A DNA stretch of 62,405 bases from a virus: positions 1 through 62,405 of IMG/VR virus record IMGVR_UViG_3300049027_000037. One strand, given 5' to 3'. The notes beneath the pieces are model-generated. The model saw only the letters and a list, made by a program, of their open reading frames with translations, ran no database searches and had not been told where the DNA came from. The position numbers were made by a program, and so were the translations under genes. This document shows, piece by piece, positions 7,596 to 15,162 of the stretch; position 1 is the first letter of the stretch, and every line of letters starts with the position of its first letter.

Positions 7596-7757
7596 TTAAG
7601 GGTTGTAAAAGGGTCGTTCATAATCTTCACAGTACACTGGTTCGTCATCGCTGGGTTTCGGGTCTTTCTTCTTTCTGTCTTGCCTTACGAGCAACCAGAT
7701 GAAGATTGCTATTTCAATAATGGGTAACACGATTAGGGTTAATTTAAGAGTTGTCAT
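7596..7757 (-). CDS. small single-pass membrane protein (53 aa)
   Basis: Hand-translated: MTTLKLTLIVLPIIEIAIFIWLLVRQDRKKKDPKPSDDEPVYCEDYERPFYNP. It is below the 60-aa cutoff of the ORF track and has one clear TM helix. Confidence 0.4.
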   Translation of the reverse strand: MTTLKLTLIVLPIIEIAIFIWLLVRQDRKKKDPKPSDDEPVYCEDYERPFYNP

Positions 7758-7978
7758 GAGTACAGATTAAAATAATGGGTTAGTAAAAGTTGCCGAGTTT
7801 TACTTTGAAAATACTCGGCTAAAAGTCTTAGCCCGCATTTAACCGGTGGCTTCTCCCGTCCCTGTTACACCTTTCAGTGCACTCTTACTTAAACAGGAAC
7901 TTTCATTGTGCACCCCGTAGGTCGCGCCTACGGACAATCGAATGAGCGGCTTTACCCGGTCGTAGTGATTGTAGTTTC

Positions 7979-8138
7979 TGGTGGGGTTGTGAGGATTCGA
8001 ACTACGCGTCAAGGCTTGCAATCCTTTTCGCAACTCTTAGCCATCTTCCGCAATTACCTTGTACTTCGGCGTTTATTGGAAGTTGAATAGGCGCCGGATT
8101 AATAGTCCGGGTCTGTTCTCCACACAGAAAGCAACCCC
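7979..8138 (-). ncRNA. candidate tRNA-like RNA C (encoded ACCA end, oversized variable region, degenerate T arm)
   Basis: GGGGUUG...CAACCCC-ACCA closes 160 nt. It has a D arm UCUG-UGUGGAGAA-CAGA, an anticodon-like arm CCGGA-CUAUUAA-UCCGG (8110-8094), an 87-nt insert, and a UUCGAAU loop with a poorly paired stem. Confidence 0.35.
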
Positions 8139-8159
8139 GTATTTAAAGAACTTGTTTTT

Positions 8160-8199
8160 AAAAAAGCGCCCACTGGTTAGGAATAACGCGTGAGGCGCT
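8160..8199 (-). terminator. terminator-like hairpin
   Basis: On the minus strand, AGCGCC (8199-8194) pairs with GGCGCT (8170-8165) around a 23-nt loop, followed by TTTTT (8164-8160). It lies after the stop at 8217. Confidence 0.45.
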
Positions 8200-8216
8200 G
8201 TTGTACGTCCTAAATA

Positions 8217-8495
8217 TTATATGTGAGGCGCGATGGTCGCCATAACTTTTTCGTCTACGTGAGAGTTGCGGTTGATCTTCTCAACCACCTCGTTCAACTT
8301 ACCCTCAATCGATACCAGCATACCGGCAGTGTTGTTAATGAAAGCGAGACACTTCGGTGATAAACCTACTTCCTCGATCACCGGCTTCCCTTCTTTGATA
8401 GTATAGATCACTTTAGCATGAAACTTCCGTATAACCGTGTGCGGTAAAAAGAACCGGTTAGGTATCTCGTAAGGGAATAATAGCTTATCGGTCAT
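8217..8495 (-). CDS. hypothetical protein
   Basis: 92-aa ORF in operon context. Confidence 0.6.
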   Translation of the reverse strand: MTDKLLFPYEIPNRFFLPHTVIRKFHAKVIYTIKEGKPVIEEVGLSPKCLAFINNTAGMLVSIEGKLNEVVEKINRNSHVDEKVMATIAPHI

Positions 8496-8497
8496 GG

Positions 8498-8734
8498 CTA
8501 TTCAGGAGTTTTAAGTTGTGAAAGAGGTATATAATATTCTACATAAAAAGCATCGCATTTGTAATCGTCTTCATCTTCATCGTCCCAATAATTTTCTTCG
8601 CAATTCCAACTAAAGATTGTAATTAAACCATACTGCGTGATAACAAGGCAGGCCACATGCTCATAACTTGATTTGCCAGGCTTTTCAGGCAGTCCGTCCT
8701 TTGTTGATATCCACGGTATTTGAACCTGTTCCAT
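8498..8734 (-). CDS. DUF551-like protein
   Basis: From Met22: MEQVQIPWISTKDGLPEKPGKSSYEHVACLV... followed by an acidic YWDDEDEDDY tract. The W-x-x-x-x-D-x-LP pattern is typical of DUF551. Confidence 0.5.
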   Translation of the reverse strand: MEQVQIPWISTKDGLPEKPGKSSYEHVACLVITQYGLITIFSWNCEENYWDDEDEDDYKCDAFYVEYYIPLSQLKTPE

Positions 8735-8918
8735 TTTGCGTCTTATTAAAGAATGAAAAATATACTTCCTCTGCCGCCTCTCTCCCTTGCTCCTCATACA
8801 CCCTCATGTATTCAGCTATCGCCTTGTCCTCTGTTGCTTGTCTGCCGCCGCGGGTGATCCTCTTTATTGCGGCCTGGTTGAGTAAGAGGTCGGGGTGTTC
8901 GGCGCTGTAGTACGTCAC
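8685..8918 (-). CDS. hypothetical protein
   Basis: 77-aa ORF. Its 3' end overlaps the next gene by ~50 nt, so the exact end or start of the pair is uncertain. Confidence 0.45.
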   Translation of the reverse strand: MTYYSAEHPDLLLNQAAIKRITRGGRQATEDKAIAEYMRVYEEQGREAAEEVYFSFFNKTQNGTGSNTVDINKGRTA

Positions 8919-9379
8919 AGTTCAAGTGTTTCGGTTTCTCCTTTCAGGTAGGCAATGAGATTTTCATTGCGGGCCTCGGGTAAGAGGATGTAGGCTTCGA
9001 TGGCTGAGTAGTGCCTAGTATATGGGCCTTCTGTTCTTTCTTTAACAAAATTCACTACGTTAGCCCCATTTACCTTTTTTTGAATCCTCTCAAATCCTTG
9101 CTCTTGAATTTCCGTTAAGCACGCATCTTTAACATACCGACAAGCGCAAGTGTTAATAAGCATAGCTGCCCTAACCGAAGAACAATTACCGGTCATTAAT
9201 CCATAAATGCACTTATAAATGCTTTCCGGGAATAATTGATCAAGATTAAGGCTCCCCAACTCCTCCTTCGTCGCGTGAACTCTCAGCGCTTCAGCCTCTT
9301 TCTTAACATCTTCTTTAAGTTGGTCGAATGTGTAGGTCATAAAATGAGTTAACGAGTTTATTAAATTATCTGAAAGCAA
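8915..9379 (-). CDS. hypothetical protein
   Basis: 154-aa ORF with a 4-nt overlap onto the downstream gene. Confidence 0.6.
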   Translation of the reverse strand: MLSDNLINSLTHFMTYTFDQLKEDVKKEAEALRVHATKEELGSLNLDQLFPESIYKCIYGLMTGNCSSVRAAMLINTCACRYVKDACLTEIQEQGFERIQKKVNGANVVNFVKERTEGPYTRHYSAIEAYILLPEARNENLIAYLKGETETLEL

Positions 9380-9427
9380 TACACAACTCTTCGGTTACAG
9401 TTTAGGGTTCGGCGTCGGGAAGGATGG

Positions 9428-10174
9428 TTATTTCTTAATCACCAATAACATTGTCTTTACGCTAGTGCCTGATTCCTTGAAGGTGTCAGCAGGAAGTTCT
9501 TCCTGGTATGCACCGATTTCATCCAACCACTCTCTGAATTGAGCCTGTTTTTTCTGTGAGCCAAACGTCCACGATGTTGAACTAATAGTAACCAATACAC
9601 CACCTTGGGCAAGAACAGCATACATCTTACGTATGTGGTCAATATCTTGATTCTTAGCAAAGGGAGGATTAGCAATGATTCGGTCGTACTTGCTGCTTTC
9701 ATCAGCCCGCAAAAAATCATCGCCTATTATATTAAAGGCATGGATCTTTTTTAGTATTGCTCTGTTTTCAGGCATCAGCTCGTAACCAACTACTGAAGTA
9801 TAACCGGTTGCCTCATGTATAGCGTTCACAATTGCTCCTTGCCCTGCAGAAGGTTCAAGTATGCTTCCAAATCCTAATCCATCATGTTCATGCAACTCGG
9901 CCAAGTCTACCATTCGCTCAGCCAATTCTTTAGGTGTCGTAAAGAATTGAAACTCCTGTTTAATGTTAACTGATTCGCCGCCAGTAAGCCGATCGATGAA
10001 AGGCTGTGCGTCAGAAGGGAAAACAAAAGTGTTGCGCTTATACTTTGCGCCGGCGTTTAATAGCGCCTTTCTTACCTCTTGGTAGTTTTCTAACGGGCCG
10101 TCGGTAATTGACGGCAGAAATAGCGTGTCGCCTTTAACGGTGCATTTATTTAATGCTTCGATTAATTTACTCAT
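9428..10174 (-). CDS. N6-adenine DNA methyltransferase (orphan)
   Basis: Motif I ILEPSAGQGAI and motif IV IIANPPF in gamma order. No adjacent restriction endonuclease. Confidence 0.8.
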   Translation of the reverse strand: MSKLIEALNKCTVKGDTLFLPSITDGPLENYQEVRKALLNAGAKYKRNTFVFPSDAQPFIDRLTGGESVNIKQEFQFFTTPKELAERMVDLAELHEHDGLGFGSILEPSAGQGAIVNAIHEATGYTSVVGYELMPENRAILKKIHAFNIIGDDFLRADESSKYDRIIANPPFAKNQDIDHIRKMYAVLAQGGVLVTISSTSWTFGSQKKQAQFREWLDEIGAYQEELPADTFKESGTSVKTMLLVIKK

Positions 10175-10384
10175 CGCTTATCTCGTTTGAAGATTAGTAA
10201 TTCTAACACACGCCTTGATTGCTTCCGCGGCGGAAAGGGTACATCGTTGGTCTTTCATACATAGTGCGGTTACGGTTTTCTAGGAATAATTAGTTGAACA
10301 GTGAGTTCACGAAGTAGATAGCAGCATATATCATTACGCCGATCAGTACTGAGTAAAATTTTTTCATGATTTTATTTTTGAGGG

Positions 10385-10660
10385 TTATGATGCTTGTTTC
10401 TGTTTAAGGAATATTTCGGGGATGGATTCGAGTAGGTATTCAATGCCGTTCGCCCCTCTACGCTGTTTCAATAATCCCTCTCTCCTCGCCTTCTCTAGCT
10501 TTCGCTTATCCGTCCACGGAGTTAACTCACGTATCGTCCCTACCCTCACCCAAGTCTCTTTCCTCTCGTCCTTCAACTTCTCTTTGCGCATGTCCGACAC
10601 CATCCGGTTAAGGTGGTCAACCTTTTTAGTCAGGGCTTGTATTGCTGCTGTGGCGTCCAT
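10385..10660 (-). CDS. hypothetical early protein (possible DNA-binding)
   Basis: 91-aa basic protein downstream of the cro-like gene. No firm motif. Confidence 0.5.
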   Translation of the reverse strand: MDATAAIQALTKKVDHLNRMVSDMRKEKLKDERKETWVRVGTIRELTPWTDKRKLEKARREGLLKQRRGANGIEYLLESIPEIFLKQKQAS

Positions 10661-10724
10661 ATAAAGTATTGTTAATGCGTGGTTGGGGGCTTGACAATGT
10701 TAGTCACGTTAGTTTCTTTTGTAC

Positions 10725-10961
10725 TCACTTATCAGCCGTGGTAGGATCTGGAAGCTGGACCATTTTATAACTTTTAGCCAGTTTAAAATGGTCCCGGATT
10801 ATGTCCAGATTGGTGGCTGTTGTTAATATCACATCATTCTCTCTCAACCACCTATTTACAGTATCAACCTTTTTATCGTTAGCCTTAGCCAGCTTTAGCT
10901 TCAAATCATCATCTCGGCGAACCCTGGCATTCAATTCAGTATCTAGTATTTGCTGTATCAT
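10725..10961 (-). CDS. Cro-like small regulator
   Basis: 78 aa, divergent from the cI-like gene across a repeat-rich 128-bp region. The KKVDTVNRWLREND segment resembles an HTH recognition helix. Confidence 0.45.
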   Translation of the reverse strand: MIQQILDTELNARVRRDDDLKLKLAKANDKKVDTVNRWLRENDVILTTATNLDIIRDHFKLAKSYKMVQLPDPTTADK

Positions 10962-11002
10962 TTTGTTATGCTATTTTTACCATGCTATAAATGACATAAC
11001 AA

Positions 11003-11078
11003 ATATACAACAGAAAACAACATTTACAACAGCATTATACAACTTTATACAACTTTCAACAAAACGGATACAACTTTG
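11003..11078. promoter_or_regulatory. operator-like direct repeats in the divergent switch region
   Basis: TATACAACTTT occurs at 11036-11046 and 11046-11056, and ATACAACTTT at 11068-11077. TATACAAC (11004-11011) and TTACAAC (11024-11030) add further copies. The last copy ends 12 nt before the cI-like ATG. Confidence 0.6.
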
Positions 11079-11089
11079 AATTTTTTCTA

Positions 11090-11590
11090 ATGAATAACCA
11101 TCAATTGAAAAATATCATCGAGGAAATAGAGGTAAACGAGGAATTGACTTTTCAGGAAATAGCGGCAAAGGTGCACCTGGACAGGAGCAACCTTAGTACT
11201 TTACTTAATAAAGAAGAAGTGAAGCCAGTAACTCCTAAAATGTTAAACAAGATAAAAAAGCATTTCCCGAGCTATTTTAAGCCCGCCGATGGAATACAAC
11301 AAAAGCAACAGGAACCAACTTCAGACCCTTTGGTTTATGCTTTAAATGTAATTAGAGAACAAAACGAGTGGCTTCGAAAACTGGTGGATATTAATTTAGC
11401 CGGACTTTCCACGGACGTAAATAATAATTCAGCGGCAATTCGCGCAGAGATAAGAGGATTTGGAAAGTATCAGTTACTGAAGCAGTCGAATTGGGATGAC
11501 CATGAGTTTGCAAAAGCAATGGCCGTCGTGGACAGAATTTACGGCGAAGAGTTGAAGGCAGATGAAGCACAGGGCAATCATGGCATGTAG
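11090..11590 (+). CDS. cI-like HTH repressor
   Basis: N-terminal HTH LTFQEIAAKVHLDRSNLSTLLNKE. It is 166 aa, on the plus strand, and divergent from the lytic direction. Confidence 0.6.
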   Translation: MNNHQLKNIIEEIEVNEELTFQEIAAKVHLDRSNLSTLLNKEEVKPVTPKMLNKIKKHFPSYFKPADGIQQKQQEPTSDPLVYALNVIREQNEWLRKLVDINLAGLSTDVNNNSAAIRAEIRGFGKYQLLKQSNWDDHEFAKAMAVVDRIYGEELKADEAQGNHGM

Positions 11591-12076
11591 TGCATGAAGG
11601 TACATTATTCATGGCTATAGCAGTTTTAAAGTATGTATATACGCCTTAACGGGTGTCTGAGAGGAAAGGTTAAAAAAGGCGCGGCCCTCGCGACAGCGAC
11701 CAGGCCGTAGGAAGCCCAAAGCAGTCACTACTAGCCACGCCAGTAGGCGTGCTGTAGTCAACTTTGCTTTACTGAATTTCCTACGTTCGGTCGCAAGTTG
11801 AACTAAAGTCAATATTTTATGCCGGTTTCCCGGCGAAGGCCGCAAAAGTAATAGATTTAGGTTGAATTATCCACTGGGGTGCAATAAGAACATAATGGTC
11901 GGGTTGAGGTAAAGGAATCCGGTTAACGATCTGGAACAGGTTTAAAAATGATTGGATATTAAATTTAGCGAATATTTTAAATTGATAATATCGGGTTGTT
12001 CACTTAATCACATTTTAACAAATAGGTCAAGGGTTCTACATGATTACATTTATATAACATCTAATGATTAACGCGT

Positions 12077-12463
12077 ATGAATAAGTTTACATTTCTTTTT
12101 TGTCTTGTTTTATTGATCGTGGTCAATTCTTGTCAAAGCAATTCTGATACAGAAATTGATAAAAACAAATCTGATATACAGGATGCGCGAACGAAGGCGT
12201 TGCAGGATAAGTATGTTTCAACGGACCCAGAAAAGAACAGCCTGCAAAAGCAATTTGATGCAGTATTATTAAAGTTCGACTCGCTTACTGTTTATAATGA
12301 AAAGATAAGTGATAGAAGCACAGAGGCTATATCTAAACTTACAAAAACAAAGGCAGAGGTTAACAGAATTTTACTTCGAGACAAATTAACACCTGAGGAA
12401 AAACAAGAAGCCAAAAAGCTAATAAACGAAATGAATAACACCTTAAATGTAATTAATAAATAA
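12077..12463 (+). CDS. lipoprotein (moron)
   Basis: MNKFTFLFCLVLLIVVNSC provides a signal peptide plus lipobox. It is AT-rich and sits in the lysogeny-side plus-strand cassette. Confidence 0.7.
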   Translation: MNKFTFLFCLVLLIVVNSCQSNSDTEIDKNKSDIQDARTKALQDKYVSTDPEKNSLQKQFDAVLLKFDSLTVYNEKISDRSTEAISKLTKTKAEVNRILLRDKLTPEEKQEAKKLINEMNNTLNVINK

Positions 12464-12473
12464 AACGCGAACC

Positions 12474-12860
12474 ATGATTAGAATTTTATTAGCGATGGCG
12501 CTCATTGCTATTGCCGCCTGCTCTAAATCTTCAAGCACGGCTGAAGATAAGGAACGCAACCTAAGCGTTTCAATCGTAGACTACAACCCACCAAACTTAA
12601 CAAACCATTACTGGGCAGTAAAACTTCAATTAAATAAGCCAGCCACCATGAGCGGCAACATAATTGTTCAGCATGATTTATGGGACTTGGGTATATTCAA
12701 AAAGACTTACATAGACACCTTTGATTTTAGCTTAAACAATGAGTCATCTTTCCAGTTCAATACAATGCGAAACTCTCTTTTGCAGGGGCCAGAAATTAAA
12801 AACATTAAAGTAAACAAGTTCACACAAAAAAGCGGTGATTATAATGTCACTATAAAATAA
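12474..12860 (+). CDS. lipoprotein (moron)
   Basis: MIRILLAMALIAIAAC provides a signal peptide plus lipobox. It lies 10 nt after the previous gene. Confidence 0.7.
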   Translation: MIRILLAMALIAIAACSKSSSTAEDKERNLSVSIVDYNPPNLTNHYWAVKLQLNKPATMSGNIIVQHDLWDLGIFKKTYIDTFDFSLNNESSFQFNTMRNSLLQGPEIKNIKVNKFTQKSGDYNVTIK

Positions 12861-12904
12861 CCCACCCCAACCCACATACTGAGATTCCCGATAAACAACT
12901 CAGT

Positions 12905-13588
12905 ATGAAAAAAGCACTATTCGTATCAATTTCAATCAACTGTTTAATTGTATTTTTTATCGTTGGTAAACGATATTATTATTCGCGCAATACAGACGCA
13001 GACACGGTCGCTCCAAACTCCTTTCATGATCAATGGAATTACATGCGATCATCTGTACTTAATAAGCTCCCGATCGACAACAAGGATGTGGTTTTTGTAG
13101 GCAATAGCCTAACAGAAGCCTTCCCTGTTTCCGAGGTTTTTGGCCACTGCTGTAAAAATCGCGGCATCGGAGGGAACACCACATCGCATATACTAGCGAG
13201 AATTGGACCTATCGCCTCGAAACGTCCAGCAAAAATTTTTATTGAGGGCGGTATTAATGATCTGATTGCTGCCGTGAGTGTTGATAGTATATTCAAAAAC
13301 TATAGAGACATTATTGATTTAATTCGTGATACAGCATATAGTACTGCGTTATATGTTCAGTCTATCTTTCCGACCTCAAAAACTTATGCAAATCTAAACA
13401 ACAGCATTATGCAGCTTAATAAAATGCTTTCAGATCACTGTGTTGCAATTGGTGTGACATATATTGATATTTATAGTAACCTATCCAAAGATGGCCGGCT
13501 TAATAGCCAGCTCACAGAAGACGGGATACACCTCAATGAGAAGGGGTATCAAATTTGGCAACAGGCAATAGAAAGTTACGTGCGATGA
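12905..13588 (+). CDS. membrane-anchored SGNH/GDSL hydrolase (esterase)
   Basis: N-terminal TM helix, then SGNH blocks VFVGNSLTE (I), GIGGNTT (II), EGGINDL (III) and DGIHLNEKG (V). Confidence 0.75.
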   Translation: MKKALFVSISINCLIVFFIVGKRYYYSRNTDADTVAPNSFHDQWNYMRSSVLNKLPIDNKDVVFVGNSLTEAFPVSEVFGHCCKNRGIGGNTTSHILARIGPIASKRPAKIFIEGGINDLIAAVSVDSIFKNYRDIIDLIRDTAYSTALYVQSIFPTSKTYANLNNSIMQLNKMLSDHCVAIGVTYIDIYSNLSKDGRLNSQLTEDGIHLNEKGYQIWQQAIESYVR

Positions 13589-13661
13589 AAACCCACTACC
13601 GCGACCAACTAATATTAGGGCTCATCATCGCCGCCGCAATAGCGTTGTAGAGGCTGGTTAT

Positions 13662-14966
13662 CTACTTAAAAAACTTATGATCTTTCATTATCTGGGCCGT
13701 TTCTTCGGGCTTTGTTTTCTTATAACGTAACAGTGTCGCGTGTTTTTTTATCCCCGCCAATTGCATTACAACGTTATCAGCGACACCGGCATTAAGCAGG
13801 TTGGTAATGAAGGACCTGCGGGCCGTATGGCAGGAGATCATTTCGTACTTTTTCAGGTAGAAATCCTTGCGGGCGCCACCTTTGGTCAGAAAGTACAGGA
13901 CCGTTTGGGTGAATTTCGCATCCCTGGCTACTTCCTTTATTGACCGGTTTATTTCTTGATCTGTGATTTTAGGAGGGAACCCTCCCCACTTTTGGAGTAT
14001 TTCCCGCACCTCGGAACGCATCGGAATAACCACTTTAGTGTCGGTCTTTTCGTTGGCGATCGTAACGGTATTATCGTGAATATTTCGATTATGCAAAAGT
14101 TGAATGTCAGACACCCGCAACCCCAGGTAACAATCGATAATAAACCAGTCGCGGGCAATGTCCTTTGTCTGCTCGGTTATAGGGTGTTTATACAACCTTT
14201 CTAGCTCTTTTTCTGATAGTGCAATATCATCCGTCTGCTCTTGAATAACCTTAAACTCTTCGTCCAGGTACCCTATGTTATCATGGTACCCCCTCTTTTT
14301 AGTGGCTTTCATAAGACATACCATGTTCTTTATATGCTGTGCGATGTAGTTCATGGACCAGTCTTTGTCGTTGCACCATTTTATAAAAGACCGGTAAAAG
14401 CTCATATTGATTGAATCGAAGGTTAGATCTATATTATATTCCTCGATCGAGTTCAGAGATTGGTTGTAGTTCTTTATTGTTCCATGACTGTAGATCTTGC
14501 CCTGCGGTGTCAGGATAATACCCGATGCCATATCTTTAATAACCTCCCGGCAGAGATCATAGAAGGTCTTTACCGGCTCCACCTCAATAATAATCTCGAC
14601 TTTCTTTTTGCGGCCGGTAAGCTCCTCAACCTTGGCGGCCAACTCCGACTTTGTCAGGTAATTACTGGTGTACCTGGCATCGCGGGTGCGAGCCTCAATA
14701 AAATCAGCTATCTTGCCAAGTAAGGCGTTTATGGATTTATTGTCAGCGGTAGTCTCCCGATCGAGGTTGTCAACGACGGCCCGTTGAGCTTTCTTATTCC
14801 AGAAAGCTGGCATAATGGATACGCCCAGGGAGGTTTTAAACTCCCCATCTGAGACGACTTTTTTAATGAGTATAGGGGTTGGCTTGAGTGAATTTGGGGT
14901 GTGCAGCTTAAACATATGGCAAAGATTGTTGGGCCAAATATGGGCCTTTTTTCTGAGACTTTGCAC
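13662..14966 (-). CDS. int: tyrosine recombinase / phage integrase
   Basis: C-terminal catalytic motifs SCHTARRSF (HxxR) and LLRY, with Bacteroidota-type architecture. The start is more likely Met18 (ATG 14915-14913, MFKLH...). Confidence 0.9.
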   Translation of the reverse strand: MQSLRKKAHIWPNNLCHMFKLHTPNSLKPTPILIKKVVSDGEFKTSLGVSIMPAFWNKKAQRAVVDNLDRETTADNKSINALLGKIADFIEARTRDARYTSNYLTKSELAAKVEELTGRKKKVEIIIEVEPVKTFYDLCREVIKDMASGIILTPQGKIYSHGTIKNYNQSLNSIEEYNIDLTFDSINMSFYRSFIKWCNDKDWSMNYIAQHIKNMVCLMKATKKRGYHDNIGYLDEEFKVIQEQTDDIALSEKELERLYKHPITEQTKDIARDWFIIDCYLGLRVSDIQLLHNRNIHDNTVTIANEKTDTKVVIPMRSEVREILQKWGGFPPKITDQEINRSIKEVARDAKFTQTVLYFLTKGGARKDFYLKKYEMISCHTARRSFITNLLNAGVADNVVMQLAGIKKHATLLRYKKTKPEETAQIMKDHKFFK

Positions 14967-15162
14967 GACTTTGATTGTCGGCGTCAGGCTTTAGTTTTTC
15001 ACGAAACCCGCGCCGGTAAAGGATTTCGCTCTTAAATGTATGATTTACAATATGTATCAAATAAAGCCATTTTGCCCCAGTCCTGGGCACCATTAAATTA
15101 CAAGCCGTTGATTATCATATATTGATTTTCAGCGGCTTTTGTTTTTGGGCCTTATGTGGGCC

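Noticed and set aside
7979-8060. A normal-length (~80 nt) tRNA ending at the UUCGAAU loop and ACCA.
   Set aside because: No 5' strand complementary to CAACCCC exists within 75-95 nt. The T stem pairs at only 2 of 5 positions. The nearby AAGG-AUUGCAAG-CCUU hairpin has an 8-nt loop. Only the 160-nt closure works, so it is not a canonical tRNA.
6317-8090. ORF-track entries 6317-6538, 6802-7002, 7839-8033 and 7908-8090 in the ncRNA island, plus a hand-found 30-aa hydrophobic ORF at 7068-7160.
   Set aside because: They overlap strong RNA-like helices and terminators, and the plus-strand ones run against local transcription. None has convincing composition or coupling. The 30-aa peptide cannot be excluded but is unsupported.
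8094-8110. Possibility that the tRNA-like RNAs are stop-codon suppressors signalling an alternative genetic code.
   Set aside because: The only clean anticodon-like loop, CUAUUAA, gives AUU, not CUA, UUA or UCA. All large genes (tape measure 1147 aa, fibre 1259 aa, terL, primase) are intact under the standard code.
10290-10367. 25-aa hydrophobic ORF (MKKFYSVLIGVMIYAAIYFVNSLFN) in the gap between the methyltransferase and the 91-aa early gene. It could be a small toxin or membrane peptide.
   Set aside because: It is too short to support from sequence alone and has no coupling or recognisable partner. I left it unannotated.
11615-11845. 76-aa minus-strand ORF in the gap after the repressor gene.
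   Set aside because: It runs straight through several perfect hairpins and a terminator-like element. It is Arg/Leu/Ala-rich, as expected from reading GC-rich structured DNA. I treated it as non-coding.
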